From assembly GCA_026395685.1 (NCBI GenBank), contig JAPLYG010000009.1, forward strand, positions 17,519-81,518: a DNA stretch of 64,000 nucleotides. Direction: 5' to 3'. The stretch comes from Candidatus Parcubacteria bacterium. GTDB taxonomy: Bacteria; Patescibacteriota; Patescibacteriia; CAIXNZ01. A model generated the notes under the pieces. The model was not told where the DNA came from, made no database searches, and worked only from the letters and a program-made list of their open reading frames with translations. This document shows, piece by piece, positions 18,539 through 28,673 of this stretch. Position 1 is the first letter of the stretch. The number at the start of each line of letters is the position of its first letter. A program made the position numbers and the translations under genes.

Positions 18539-20149
18539 CTAAGTCATTAACGTTTCTTCCTCACTTGGCACGGCTTTTTTAAAAACTGACTGCCATAAAA
18601 ATAAAACGTCATTTTTAGTAAAACCTTTTAGCAAATACATAATCCCCAAATAAATAACGGCTCCGATAATAATTAATATTAAAAAATTCAGCTGAGCTTT
18701 TAATGATAAAATAACCGACGCCATCATCAAGGCGGCTAATACAGACTTTACAGACTTTATTAATAAATATTTATAGTCAAAACCGGTAATCTTTGGTACC
18801 TGAACTAAATTAAGAATAAATAACAAGGTCAAACTTACCAAAGCTGCAAAAGCCGCACCGATATGCTGATAAAGCGGAATTAAAATAATATTCAATATCA
18901 CATTTAAAATCATAGTTATTCCCATATTTAAAGTGTTTCGTCCCTGTTTATCGCAGGCATTTAAAATTGCTCCGGCCGGATAATTTAGAAACATAGGAAC
19001 AATGGCAAATATAAAAATCTGCATGGCTAAAATTGAAGGAATAAATTCGGCAGTATAAAGCGATAAAATTATCTTGTCTGCCAAGCAGGCAATACCTATG
19101 GCTGAAGGAACCGATAGAATAATCAGCAGGTACATGGATTTATCAAAAATCAATCTTAATTTTTCCTTGTTATTTAAAAAACAGTCGCTCATGGCCGGAT
19201 AAATCGCGGCTGAAAATGCTGCCGGCACAAACTGAAAAGCATAAGTAATTTTATACGGCACAGAATACCAGCCCAAAGCCTGATCGCCAATTAAAACTGA
19301 AAGCAAAATCTGATCAATATAGCTGTAAACACGGACAAAGATGCCGGCTAAAGCAAAAGGCAACGCAATCTTAAATAATGTCCTTAAAATTGATTTATCC
19401 CATAACAGCTTAAAATTAAACTTTAATTTTACTTTAAGCAAAATCAAGGAGTACAGAAAATTAAAAGTACTGCCGGCCAAAAGCGCCAAGACTAAAATAT
19501 ATAAAGGAAATTTTAAATAAATACCGGCCAACCCAACCCCTAAAATTACAATCTGATTAATGGCAATGCCAATAGCTTCATATTTTAAATTTTGGTATGC
19601 GCGGAAAACTGCGAAAAAAGCCAGGGTGAAAGAATCCAAAATCATAACCAGTCCGGCCAGATAAACCATAACCTGAGAAAGCTGGGGTTTACCCAATAAA
19701 TTAATTACGACAGCGACGCCCAAATATGACAATATTGCCAAAACAATTTTGACTGTAATTATATTATTCAAATATTCATTAGCCTTGTCCTTGAACTTGG
19801 CTGCCTCGCGGATCAAAACACTGGACAAACCCATATCAATAAAAACCGAAAAAATCGTGGTCAAAGAAATTGCAAAGGTATAAACTCCGATATCATTGGC
19901 GCCGATAAAACGCGCGACCAAGGTAAAATAAATAAAAGCAAATATTTTCTGAAAAATATATGCTCCGGTCAGCCAGGTTGTATTTTTGGCTATGCTTTGC
20001 GCTTGTGGACTCATAGACAGTAAAATTAACAGGATTCCCCTGCCTAAGCTTATTTTAGCATAAAACCTCCAAAATTCAAACAAAGATTTCCTCTCTAAAA
20101 TACAAAGAAGCGATTTATTAATCGCTCCTCTGCTCACAATATTTTTCAA
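18539..20149 (-). CDS. polysaccharide flippase (Wzx/MOP superfamily)
   Basis: ~14 TM helices, 536 aa, in a glycosyltransferase cluster. Confidence 0.7.
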   Translation of the reverse strand: MKNIVSRGAINKSLLCILERKSLFEFWRFYAKISLGRGILLILLSMSPQAQSIAKNTTWLTGAYIFQKIFAFIYFTLVARFIGANDIGVYTFAISLTTIFSVFIDMGLSSVLIREAAKFKDKANEYLNNIITVKIVLAILSYLGVAVVINLLGKPQLSQVMVYLAGLVMILDSFTLAFFAVFRAYQNLKYEAIGIAINQIVILGVGLAGIYLKFPLYILVLALLAGSTFNFLYSLILLKVKLKFNFKLLWDKSILRTLFKIALPFALAGIFVRVYSYIDQILLSVLIGDQALGWYSVPYKITYAFQFVPAAFSAAIYPAMSDCFLNNKEKLRLIFDKSMYLLIILSVPSAIGIACLADKIILSLYTAEFIPSILAMQIFIFAIVPMFLNYPAGAILNACDKQGRNTLNMGITMILNVILNIILIPLYQHIGAAFAALVSLTLLFILNLVQVPKITGFDYKYLLIKSVKSVLAALMMASVILSLKAQLNFLILIIIGAVIYLGIMYLLKGFTKNDVLFLWQSVFKKAVPSEEETLMT

Positions 20150-20157
20150 TTTGATAT

Positions 20158-21264
20158 TTAAATTCCTTCTTTTCCCAATTCTTCCAAAAGTTCCTTTTGC
20201 CTTCTATTTAATTTCTCCGGGGTTTTGACAAGCACTTCAACCAGCTGGTCTCCCCGGCCATAATGCTGAAAACGAGTCACGCCCTTACCCCGCAAAATAA
20301 AAACCTTGCCGGATTGGGTAGCGGCTGGAATTTTCAAATCAACTTCGCCGTCAACTGTCTGTACGCTTATTTTTCCTCCCAAAGCAGCCAAAGAATATGA
20401 AATTTCAGTTTGAGTTAAAATATCATCGCCTTCACGTTTGAAATATGGATCAGACTTAACATGGATATGAATATATAAATCACCTGCTTTGCCGCTTTTA
20501 ATGCCGGCTTCACCTTGGCCAGCCATTTTCAAACTCATGCCGTTATTCAAACCGGCTGAAATTTTCACGTCCATCTGAACCTTTTGTTTTATCCTTCCCT
20601 GGCCATCGCACTGAGTGCAATTTTTCTCATTAATTTTACCTTCACCCCGGCATTCGTCACAGGCACCAATGGTCTGAATATTGCCCAAAATTGTCCGCTG
20701 CATTTTATGAACCTGGCCTTTACCGTCACAAGCTTTGCAGGTAACAATTTTACTGCCCGGTTCTGCGCCATTGCCATGGCAATGCTCGCAAGAAATCAAT
20801 TTAATCAATTCAATTTTTTTGTCCGCGCCAAAAACCGCTTCTTTAAATTCCAATTCCAAACCAATTTCAATATCCCTGCCCCTGGTTTCCCGACGTCGGC
20901 GACTTCCACCGCCAAAACCTCCGCCGAACATACCGCCTAAAATATCTCCCAAATCACCCATATCGAAATCTACGTTACTGTAAGAACCACCGCCTTGTCG
21001 CGCCTGGCGCATAATATCTTCCCAGCCCATACCTCCGCCAAATCCACCCTGCTGAGTAAAATCAGAGCCAAACTGGTCATACTGCTGGCGTTTCTCATCA
21101 TTTGCCAAAACCTGATAAGCCTCATTGATTTCCTTAAACTTTTTTTCATCACCGCCTGGTTTATCAGGATGAAAAAGATGGGCCTTCTCGCGGAAGGCCT
21201 TTTTGATATCTTCTTTGGAGGCGGTTTTTCCGACGCCAAGTATGTTATAGTAATCCTTTGACAT
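20158..21264 (-). CDS. dnaJ: chaperone DnaJ
   Basis: J-domain with HPD (DYYNILGV...HPDK), G/F-rich linker, four CxxCxGxG zinc repeats. Confidence 0.9.
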   Translation of the reverse strand: MSKDYYNILGVGKTASKEDIKKAFREKAHLFHPDKPGGDEKKFKEINEAYQVLANDEKRQQYDQFGSDFTQQGGFGGGMGWEDIMRQARQGGGSYSNVDFDMGDLGDILGGMFGGGFGGGSRRRRETRGRDIEIGLELEFKEAVFGADKKIELIKLISCEHCHGNGAEPGSKIVTCKACDGKGQVHKMQRTILGNIQTIGACDECRGEGKINEKNCTQCDGQGRIKQKVQMDVKISAGLNNGMSLKMAGQGEAGIKSGKAGDLYIHIHVKSDPYFKREGDDILTQTEISYSLAALGGKISVQTVDGEVDLKIPAATQSGKVFILRGKGVTRFQHYGRGDQLVEVLVKTPEKLNRRQKELLEELGKEGI

Positions 21265-21327
21265 TTATAAATCGTTAATCGTTATTCGGGACCGATGTTC
21301 GTTATGTTATATACAAATCACTATTTA
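21265..21327. repeat. intergenic repeat family B (cgttacg/aacgataacg words), short copy
   Basis: aatcgttaatcgttattcgg...gttcgttatgttat directly upstream of dnaJ start. Confidence 0.4.
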
Positions 21328-22611
21328 TTAATCACGTTCCTTCATTCCTTTCTCCTTAAAAATCTTTTTTACTTCCTCAAGAAATTCCGGATTCTTATCA
21401 AAATCTAATTTTGTACCATGGAAAATATCTCTTAAATACTTGCCGATTGTTCTCTCAATTGATAAAAAAACTTCCGGTCCGCCGGCAACCATACCCTGTC
21501 TTTGCCAAATTTTCAAAGTGGAAGCCACATCCTCAATTTCCTCGCCCGGATTGATTAAAATCAGATCATCAACCGGCGTTTTTTTCCCAAGTGCCTTGTC
21601 ATGCTGGAAGTCTTCCTGCTGTTTTCTAACCTGATTCTGCTTTTTTATAAATTCAGATGTTCCGGAAGTAATAAGAGTTACCTGATAGCCCTTTTTCAAT
21701 TCGCTTTCAGTCGGATTCTTCTCAATACCGATACCACGTCTTTTATTGACCAATTCCAGAATTACATCAATCTTATTCACGATATCATCATCGGCCGTGG
21801 CATTACTAATATCAAAATTCCATTTCACGCCTAAGTCAAATGCTACTTTGGTCAGCAAACAGTTAATCATTCTTTCAAAAACAAAACCTGAAGGCATCTC
21901 AGTGTAGCTTTTACCAGCCGCCCTTAAAACCTTAATCTTTTTTAGAGTTTCATATGTTTTTAGGTATGCGTTACCGATGCCTTTGCCCTGATTATTCTTC
22001 GGAATCTTGTTAATCTCAATTCTTTCAATCAGTAATTGCTCCTCTTCAATTTCATCCAAATGCGCATCAAATATTTTGGCATTATAAATATTTATAAATT
22101 CAGCCAATTCCGGCTGATTTTCCAATGCCTTAATGTCATAATACATGCCCCAACCAATATCACTAATCAAATCGCCAGCTGTGCGTTTTGCTTGATAACC
22201 GCCTTTGGCTTCAAAAATGAACATCTGAGATTCAGAATCGTATTCAATCGGGCGAGTATTTGCCACTTCCGGCTGTTCGCCCTTCCTTTTGGCGATTATT
22301 AAACGCTGTCGTTCCACTTCCAATTCAAAGATTTTTCTTTGAGCTGGCGTCTTATCAGGATCATTGACATCAATATTGCCATAAGCTTTAATCTGCCGTT
22401 TCAGCTGTGATTTTATCTTTTTATATTCATCCGTGCCAAGATCTTCCTCACTGCTATTTTCAAATTCAATTTTTTGGCGCGCCAAATCAGCCGCCGCTAC
22501 ATAATCAAAGCCAGTTTCAGATTGTTCCTGTTTCTCAAATGATAGCATAGAAATATAATAATTTGTTAAACACTTATTAATTTTCACAGATATCACAGAT
22601 TTTCGAAACAT
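21328..22611 (-). CDS. hypothetical protein inside dnaK-dnaJ operon (no recognisable domain)
   Basis: 427-aa ORF co-oriented between dnaK and dnaJ; start choice uncertain. Confidence 0.55.
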   Translation of the reverse strand: MFRKSVISVKINKCLTNYYISMLSFEKQEQSETGFDYVAAADLARQKIEFENSSEEDLGTDEYKKIKSQLKRQIKAYGNIDVNDPDKTPAQRKIFELEVERQRLIIAKRKGEQPEVANTRPIEYDSESQMFIFEAKGGYQAKRTAGDLISDIGWGMYYDIKALENQPELAEFINIYNAKIFDAHLDEIEEEQLLIERIEINKIPKNNQGKGIGNAYLKTYETLKKIKVLRAAGKSYTEMPSGFVFERMINCLLTKVAFDLGVKWNFDISNATADDDIVNKIDVILELVNKRRGIGIEKNPTESELKKGYQVTLITSGTSEFIKKQNQVRKQQEDFQHDKALGKKTPVDDLILINPGEEIEDVASTLKIWQRQGMVAGGPEVFLSIERTIGKYLRDIFHGTKLDFDKNPEFLEEVKKIFKEKGMKERD

Positions 22612-22765
22612 TATCCGTGTAATCTGTGAACAAAATCAGTGGTTCCGTTACCTACACCGTCGGAAACGGTATCCCCCTTGGCGCTTTTTCCCTTTTCCCC
22701 ACACGATCGAACACTTTAGTGTTCGAGGGCGACCTTTGACACTAAAGTGTCAAAGCCTCTGAGGG
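22612..22765 (-). promoter_or_regulatory. highly structured leader region (three stable hairpins) upstream of the 427-aa gene
   Basis: Hairpins CUUUGACAC-UUUA-GUGUCAAAG, CGAACAC-UAAA-GUGUUCG and CACAGAUU...AAUCUGUG read on the minus strand. Confidence 0.35.
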
Positions 22766-23050
22766 TTAAACATTCGGGAATGGGATGCCTTTGGGAGCAT
22801 CTGCCTCTTTAATCTCGCCGAACGACTTCTCATACATCTCCAGATTATCCTGCAGGGCCTTAATAATCCTTTTCATATGTCCGGGACTTGTTATCACCCT
22901 GGCGGTCATTATCCCCTGTGGAGGCACCACATTGGCAAAATCCAAAATAAACTCCTCTTTGGTATGCATTACCTGCATCATGTTGGCATACCTCCCTTCC
23001 AGAATCTCATCCGTAATCTTGATATTGATTTGATTGGGTTGATTTTCCAT
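22766..23050 (-). CDS. DUF3467-family small protein
   Basis: YANMMQVMHTKEEFILDFANVVP...RVITSPGHMKRIIKALQDNLEMYEKSFGEI matches the DUF3467 pattern as recalled. Confidence 0.55.
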   Translation of the reverse strand: MENQPNQINIKITDEILEGRYANMMQVMHTKEEFILDFANVVPPQGIMTARVITSPGHMKRIIKALQDNLEMYEKSFGEIKEADAPKGIPFPNV

Positions 23051-23086
23051 AAAACTTATAGATTATTAATGAGGGAAAAATTATTA

Positions 23087-24988
23087 TTATTTTTTCTCTT
23101 CAAATTCACCTTCTTCCGGCTTTTTATCTTCAGCCTTTTGATCTTGATTGCCCTGATCCGCCGAAGCTTTTGCGGAGGCTTCCTGTTGAGCCTTATACAT
23201 CTCCGCTCCGATTTTTTGAGCGGATTGCATAACCGCGTCATTGGCTTTTTTAATAGCTTCGGCATCTAAACCGTCTTTAACCTTTTTCAATTCCTCAATC
23301 TTATTTTGAACTTCCTTTTTCATATCAGGATTAACCTTGTCGCCCAATTCAACTAAAGTCTTCTCAGTTGAATAAATCAAGGTATCGGCTGAATTTTTAA
23401 CTTCAATCAGTTCCTTTTTCTTTTTATCTTCTTCAGCATGGAGTTCCGCGTCTTTTTGCATTTTATCAATTTCTTCTTTAGATAATCCTGAAGAAGCAGT
23501 AATGGTTATTTTTTGTTCTTTACTTGTCGCCTTATCAACTGCCTTAACATTTAAAATACCATTAGCATCCAGATCAAAAGTAACTTCAACCTGAGGCATG
23601 CCGCGCGGAGCCGGTGGAATCCCAGATAAAATAAAACGACCTAAAGACTTATTGTCAGCCGCCATTTCACGTTCACCCTGCAAGACATTTATTTCCACTG
23701 AAGTCTGGGAATCAGCTGCCGTTGAAAAAACTTGCGATTTGGAAGTCGGGATGGTCGTGTTGCGGGCAATTAATTTGGTGCAAACACCACCTAGGGTTTC
23801 AATGCCTAATGATAATGGAGTGACGTCTAATAGCAAAACGTCCTTAACTTCACCCTGCATTACGCCTGCCTGAACAGCAGCGCCAATGGCTACGACTTCA
23901 TCAGGATTAACTCCCAAATGAGGCTTTTTGCCAAAAAATTCTTCCACTTTTTTCTGTACCAAAGGCATGCGGGTCATACCGCCGACCATGACGACTTCTT
24001 CTATTTCAGAGGTTTTAAATCCGGCATCAGCTAAAGCTTTTTTGCATGGTTCCAAAGTGGCTTCAACTAATTCACCGACCAGCTCTTCCAGTTTAGCGCG
24101 GGTCATTTTCATAACCAGATGTACAGGACTGCCGTCAGCACCCTGGGCAATAAACGGCTGATTAATTTCAGCTTCCACTGAAGAGGACAATTCAATTTTC
24201 GCTTTTTCACCGGCATCTTTGATTCTTTGCAAAGCCATGGGATCCTTAGACAGATCCAAACCGTTTTGTTTTTTAAATTCAGAAATTATCCAATCAATTA
24301 TTTTCTTGTCAAAATCATCACCGCCTAAATGAGTATCGCCGTTTGTTGATTTGACTTCTACAGTATCGGCGGTAACGTCCAAAATAGAAATATCAAAAGT
24401 GCCGCCGCCCAAATCATAAACCGCGATTTGCTGATCTTTTTTCTTGTCAAAACCATAAGCCAATGCAGCAGCAGTCGGTTCATTAATAATTCTTTTAACA
24501 TCCAGTCCGGCGATCTTACCGGCATCTTTAGTTGCCTGTCTTTGAGAATCGTCAAAATAAGCTGGCACAGTAATTATCGCCTCGGTAATTTTTTCACCGG
24601 TTTTCTCTTCAGCATCAGCTTTTAATTTCTGCAAAATCATGGCTGAAATTTCCTGAGGAGTATATTCCTTATCGTTCATTATAACCTTAACTCCGTCGCC
24701 TGACTGAATTAATTTATAAGGCAAGGTCTCTTTGTCTCTTTGCACTTCCTTGTCAGTCCATCTGCGACCGATCAAGCGTTTGATGGAAAAAATGGTGTTG
24801 GCTGGATTAGTTACAGCCTGCCTTTTAGCCAGCTGCCCAACCACTCTTTCTCCTGCTTTAGAAATAGCTACGACTGAAGGAGTTGTGCGCATGCCTTCTT
24901 TATTTTCCAGCACTTTTGGCTCACCGCCTTCAATAATCGCCATACATGAATTAGTTGTACCCAAATCAATACCTAAGATCTTTGACAT
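23087..24988 (-). CDS. dnaK: chaperone DnaK (Hsp70)
   Basis: [28 protein letters not shown] motifs; 633 aa. Confidence 0.95.
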   Translation of the reverse strand: MSKILGIDLGTTNSCMAIIEGGEPKVLENKEGMRTTPSVVAISKAGERVVGQLAKRQAVTNPANTIFSIKRLIGRRWTDKEVQRDKETLPYKLIQSGDGVKVIMNDKEYTPQEISAMILQKLKADAEEKTGEKITEAIITVPAYFDDSQRQATKDAGKIAGLDVKRIINEPTAAALAYGFDKKKDQQIAVYDLGGGTFDISILDVTADTVEVKSTNGDTHLGGDDFDKKIIDWIISEFKKQNGLDLSKDPMALQRIKDAGEKAKIELSSSVEAEINQPFIAQGADGSPVHLVMKMTRAKLEELVGELVEATLEPCKKALADAGFKTSEIEEVVMVGGMTRMPLVQKKVEEFFGKKPHLGVNPDEVVAIGAAVQAGVMQGEVKDVLLLDVTPLSLGIETLGGVCTKLIARNTTIPTSKSQVFSTAADSQTSVEINVLQGEREMAADNKSLGRFILSGIPPAPRGMPQVEVTFDLDANGILNVKAVDKATSKEQKITITASSGLSKEEIDKMQKDAELHAEEDKKKKELIEVKNSADTLIYSTEKTLVELGDKVNPDMKKEVQNKIEELKKVKDGLDAEAIKKANDAVMQSAQKIGAEMYKAQQEASAKASADQGNQDQKAEDKKPEEGEFEEKK

Positions 24989-25023
24989 ATGTTTGTAAAA
25001 TTTAATTATTAGTAAGCTTTTCA

Positions 25024-25059
25024 GCTTAGAGCTCTGGGCTTAGGGCTAGTGCTCTAAGC
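25024..25059. promoter_or_regulatory. CIRCE-like degenerate inverted repeat upstream of dnaK
   Basis: GCTTAGAGC-N18-GCTCTAAGC; right half contains AGTGCTCTAA resembling CIRCE GAGTGCTAA. Confidence 0.3.
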
Positions 25060-25097
25060 TCAAGGCTCATAGCTCCAAACAAATATTTTTTAATACC

Positions 25098-25126
25098 CTT
25101 GACAAAATCAAATATTATGGTTATAT
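25098..25126 (+). promoter_or_regulatory. sigma70-type promoter TTGACA-17-TATATT
   Basis: cTTGACAaaatcaaatattatggtTATATTaa. Confidence 0.5.
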
Positions 25127-25244
25127 TAATTAAGTAATTACGCAAATCTTTTTTAAGGAGGAAAAAAAGATGACGTAACGAGATTATTTTCTGCTGCGGA
25201 AAAGTTCCAAGTACAAACTGTCGAAAAGTTGAGGAGGGGTTTCC

Positions 25245-25631
25245 ATGTCTGATTCCGTTTGCGTTTGCGTAGAAATGCCAAAGAGTATGGGCCGAGTCAA
25301 AGCCAGAGAAGTGCGCTGGGAAATTCAGGCCCCGGTAATTAAAGCGGTCCAGTCCATCTGCGACAGCTGGGTAGATTCCCAAAAAATCGCCGCTTCCATA
25401 GCCAATGCTATCCCTAAAAAAACTCTCCGAAGAAAAATTGCGGCTGAGGAAGCAAAACCCAAAGCTTACAAAAAACCCGTCGTGGTGGAGGAAAAGATTT
25501 TTCTGAGCCTGCCGGAAAGAAAACGCGAACAGTATTATGTCAAACTCAGGGTTGCCAGAGAAGGTGTGGTTGAAGTACATCTTCATGAAAAACAAGAACT
25601 TATCGACCGAATAAAAGCCGGCCACGCCTGA
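25245..25631 (+). CDS. hypothetical basic (K/R-rich) 128-aa protein, GC-rich, opposite strand to surrounding operon
   Basis: Strong SD GAGGAGG 7 nt upstream of ATG, own promoter, own terminator; the antisense ORF 25026-25625 looks non-coding. Confidence 0.6.
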   Translation: MSDSVCVCVEMPKSMGRVKAREVRWEIQAPVIKAVQSICDSWVDSQKIAASIANAIPKKTLRRKIAAEEAKPKAYKKPVVVEEKIFLSLPERKREQYYVKLRVAREGVVEVHLHEKQELIDRIKAGHA

Positions 25632-25639
25632 TCCGACCC

Positions 25640-25676
25640 TTAGCCTGTTCCCCTTGCGGAACAGGCTTTTTTTATT
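25640..25676 (+). terminator. rho-independent terminator
   Basis: agcctgttcc-ccttgc-ggaacaggct followed by TTTTTTT. Confidence 0.8.
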
Positions 25677-25809
25677 TAATTAAAAATTCAAAGTGCAAAT
25701 TTCAAAGTTACAAAGCAAAGTTCAAAATGTTGGAACATAGTTATTAATAAACTTCCTAAATTTTTAATTAATAACTGCAATTTTGCACTTTAAACTTTGA
25801 ACTTTAAAC
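25677..25809. repeat. intergenic repeat family C (caaagtgcaaa / tttgcacttt, aaactttgaacttt words), near-palindromic
   Basis: Same word family at 28674-28851 and 39117-39259. Confidence 0.5.
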
Positions 25810-26289
25810 TTATTCACTCACCACCACTTTCGCCGGCGCTAAAACCTTTCCCTTTATTAAATAGCCGGAACTAATTTCAGCAATTATAATATCTGATTCA
25901 ATATCTTCTTTTTTTTCCTTATTAACCGCTTCATGGAATTCCGGATTAAACTTTTCACCGACTGTTTTAATTTCTTCAATGCCGTATTGCTTCAAAAAGT
26001 CCCCGAACTGCTTTTTAATCGCTTTGACCCCATCTACCCAGGCATTGCTTTGTTCAGCCGGCACAATCGCAACCGCCTTTTTCAAATTATCGTAAACTGG
26101 CAAAATTTCCATAATCAAAGCAGAATTGGCCAAATCAAAAAATGACTTTTGTTTTTCATCCATTTCTTTCTTAAAATTGACATAATCTGCTTTAGCCCGC
26201 TTCCAGCCGTTTAAATACTCTTCACACTGGGCTTTGAGCTTTTCGATTTCTTCCTTGTTGTTATCTAATTTTGTTGTTTGTTCTGGCAT
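25810..26289 (-). CDS. grpE: nucleotide exchange factor GrpE
   Basis: Coiled-coil N-terminus and conserved core (AKADYVNFKKEMDEK...MEILPVYDNL); hrcA-grpE-dnaK synteny. Confidence 0.85.
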   Translation of the reverse strand: MPEQTTKLDNNKEEIEKLKAQCEEYLNGWKRAKADYVNFKKEMDEKQKSFFDLANSALIMEILPVYDNLKKAVAIVPAEQSNAWVDGVKAIKKQFGDFLKQYGIEEIKTVGEKFNPEFHEAVNKEKKEDIESDIIIAEISSGYLIKGKVLAPAKVVVSE

Positions 26290-26382
26290 ATTTTTTCGTT
26301 TTTGGTTATTCGGTATCGATATTCGTTACGTTAAACGTTGATCGAAAAACGTTACGCTAAACGAAACCGCATAACGAATAAC
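26290..26382. repeat. intergenic repeat family B (cgttacgttaaacg / aacgtaacg), near-palindromic
   Basis: Exact 14-mer cgttacgttaaacg also at 48108; related copies at 34913-35034 and 21265-21327. Confidence 0.55.
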
Positions 26383-27078
26383 CTATATTTTAGTTAACGA
26401 ATTACTAATAAACTCCACCAGCGCCAAATTTTTATTATAATCCATTCTCTTTGGCCCTAAAATTATAAATAAACCGGTTGACTTATCATTTAAAAAATAC
26501 TTGCCAAAAACCGAGGAACAATCATCGCCAAAAGGATTTTTGGAGCCTATTAAAACTTGAACCTTATTAATCTTATCAAAAACCTGTTTAATCTTGTCAT
26601 CCAGATGGTCAATTACTTCAGAAACATTTTTAATTAAATTCTGGTCGCTAAATTCCGGTTTTTTAAAAAGGTTGGCTAAGCCGGTGTAATAAATATGATC
26701 TTTATCAAAAGCAACGATAACTGTAGCGTCAGCCAGTTCCACTGCGGTCTTGGCCAGATTTTTCATCAGTTCATCATCGTCAATTTTTTGTTTCAATACC
26801 AGTTCAAATGACTTGCGCCAGGTAGCTTTGATTTCCCGCTTTTCTACAAAATTATCGACATAGAATTGATAACCTTTTTCAGTCGGTACTCTGCCGGCAG
26901 AAGTATGGGGCTGGTAAATCAATCCTTCTTTTTCCAAATCCGCCATTTCATTCCTGAGTGTGGCAGATGATAAATCCAAGCCACCCTTATCCACCAAAAA
27001 GCTTGAGCCGACTGGTTCGGCTGTCTTAATATGCTCGTTAATGATCAAATTGAGTAATTTTTTCTGCCTTTCATTCAT
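26383..27078 (-). CDS. hrcA: heat-inducible transcription repressor HrcA
   Basis: N-terminal winged-helix (MNERQKKLLNLIINEHIKTAEPVGSS...LSSATLRNEMADLEKEGLI); CIRCE upstream. Confidence 0.85.
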   Translation of the reverse strand: MNERQKKLLNLIINEHIKTAEPVGSSFLVDKGGLDLSSATLRNEMADLEKEGLIYQPHTSAGRVPTEKGYQFYVDNFVEKREIKATWRKSFELVLKQKIDDDELMKNLAKTAVELADATVIVAFDKDHIYYTGLANLFKKPEFSDQNLIKNVSEVIDHLDDKIKQVFDKINKVQVLIGSKNPFGDDCSSVFGKYFLNDKSTGLFIILGPKRMDYNKNLALVEFISNSLTKI

Positions 27079-27240
27079 AAAATAATTTAATCACCAATCA
27101 TCAATTACCAATCATCAAACAATACCTAATTATTAAATCCTACTAACTAAAACGTTTTAAAATTTAGAATTTGGGCATTTGAATTTGTTTGGATCTTGGA
27201 GTTTGATTATTGATTATTATAGCTACATTTATTACCTTTA
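27079..27240. repeat. intergenic imperfect-palindrome repeat family A, copy 2
   Basis: Shares caatcatcaaacaatacc, aatttagaa, gaatttgttt, gattattgat blocks with copy 1. Confidence 0.55.
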
Positions 27241-27278
27241 AATCCAATTCAAACCTTACTTATAGTATAATGCAGCTA

Positions 27279-27305
27279 TTAGCAGTCGTCAAGCCCGAGT
27301 GCTAA
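27279..27305. promoter_or_regulatory. CIRCE operator (HrcA binding site)
   Basis: TTAGCAGTC-N9-GAGTGCTAA vs consensus TTAGCACTC-N9-GAGTGCTAA (1 mismatch), upstream of hrcA. Confidence 0.75.
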
Positions 27306-27416
27306 TAGGTTACTAATCTACTACCCCCCTAATTTGTAGATTAGTAGCTTATTAGTAAATTAGCAGCAATAAAAAAAGGCAAGCTTTCGCCTGACTTCAG
27401 ACTTCGAACTTCGGAC

Positions 27417-28673
27417 TTATTCTTTTCTCAGTGCCACCATTGGATCCAAAGCTGCCGCGCTTCTCGCAGGGTAAATGCCAGAAACCAGGCCCACAAAAAT
27501 TGAAATGCCTGAAGCCAATAATAAGTAAGTCAAAGAAAAATAAAACTGCCAGTCAAAATTTAAAAAATTAGTAGCTACATAGCTGATGAGCCAGGTTATA
27601 AATACGCCAAGAATAATTCCCAAAATTCCGCCCATGAAAGTTATAATCACGGCTTCAACTAAAAACTGATTTAATATATCAGCTGACTTCGCGCCCAGGG
27701 CTTTGCGCAAGCCGATTTCAAAAGTACGCTCGGCCACAGAGACATACATCACATTCATAATCCCCACGCCACCCACGACTAAAGAAATACAAGCCAGGGC
27801 AAAGAGTAAAATTTTTATAGCGCCGGTAATCACAGCCAGCATTTCCAAGGCCTGATCAGAAGTCGTGGCTGCAAAATCATCCATGTTCGGATCAGTAATA
27901 TCATGAAGATCCCGCATTAAATAATCAATATCATCAACCGTCTCAGGACCTAATGATTTATCCTTCATGGTTGCCATGATAAACGTGACATAATCAATGC
28001 CCAAAATTAATTTCTGCATAGATCGCAAAGGCATGATGATCATATCATCCATGGAAAAAACCCCGGCGCTTCCCCTTTCCGCCATGACTCCGACTACTTT
28101 AAAATTATATTTTTTTATTTTCACAAATTGTCCGATTGCTTGCTGATCGCCAAACAAAGAATCCTTGATCTTACTGCCTAAGACAATGACCCTGGCCAAC
28201 CCCTTGTCTTCCGCATCAGTAAAAAACCTGCCTTCGCTGATTGTGCCTGTATCTACCCGCTGAAAACCCTCGGTGACGCCAAAAATCATAGAAATTTTAT
28301 TTTTATCTTCAAAGGAAACTACTTCCTGCCCTGTTGAGGCAGAGTAGACATCTTTTATATTGGAAAGTTTTTGAATTTCCACAGCATCTTTTTCTTTCAT
28401 GGTAGTAATGGTAATGCCCTGAGCCATGCCCCCGGCATTTTCCACTGAAGTATGCCCGGTTGCCGGAATTTTTACTTCCACCTGCACCCAATCAGTGCCA
28501 AACTGAGTAACCTGGCTGGTAATAAAAAACTCAATCGCTTTGCCGGCTGACAAAACCACAATCACCGCGGAAATACCGACGGTAATGCCCAGAATCGTCA
28601 AAACAGCCCTTAGCTTGTGGCTGATAATGGCTGCCCTGGCGATTTCGATTGATTTTCTGGTCTTCGTAAACAT
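27417..28673 (-). CDS. ABC transporter permease, FtsX/MacB family
   Basis: N-terminal TM, large extracytoplasmic domain, C-terminal 3-TM FtsX core. Confidence 0.8.
   Translation of the reverse strand: MFTKTRKSIEIARAAIISHKLRAVLTILGITVGISAVIVVLSAGKAIEFFITSQVTQFGTDWVQVEVKIPATGHTSVENAGGMAQGITITTMKEKDAVEIQKLSNIKDVYSASTGQEVVSFEDKNKISMIFGVTEGFQRVDTGTISEGRFFTDAEDKGLARVIVLGSKIKDSLFGDQQAIGQFVKIKKYNFKVVGVMAERGSAGVFSMDDMIIMPLRSMQKLILGIDYVTFIMATMKDKSLGPETVDDIDYLMRDLHDITDPNMDDFAATTSDQALEMLAVITGAIKILLFALACISLVVGGVGIMNVMYVSVAERTFEIGLRKALGAKSADILNQFLVEAVIITFMGGILGIILGVFITWLISYVATNFLNFDWQFYFSLTYLLLASGISIFVGLVSGIYPARSAAALDPMVALRKE

Noticed and set aside
25026-25625. 199-aa minus-strand ORF overlapping the GC-rich plus gene
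   Set aside because: Low-complexity, F/S-rich translation with no SD or promoter. The plus-strand ORF has promoter, SD and terminator, so the antisense ORF is taken as spurious.
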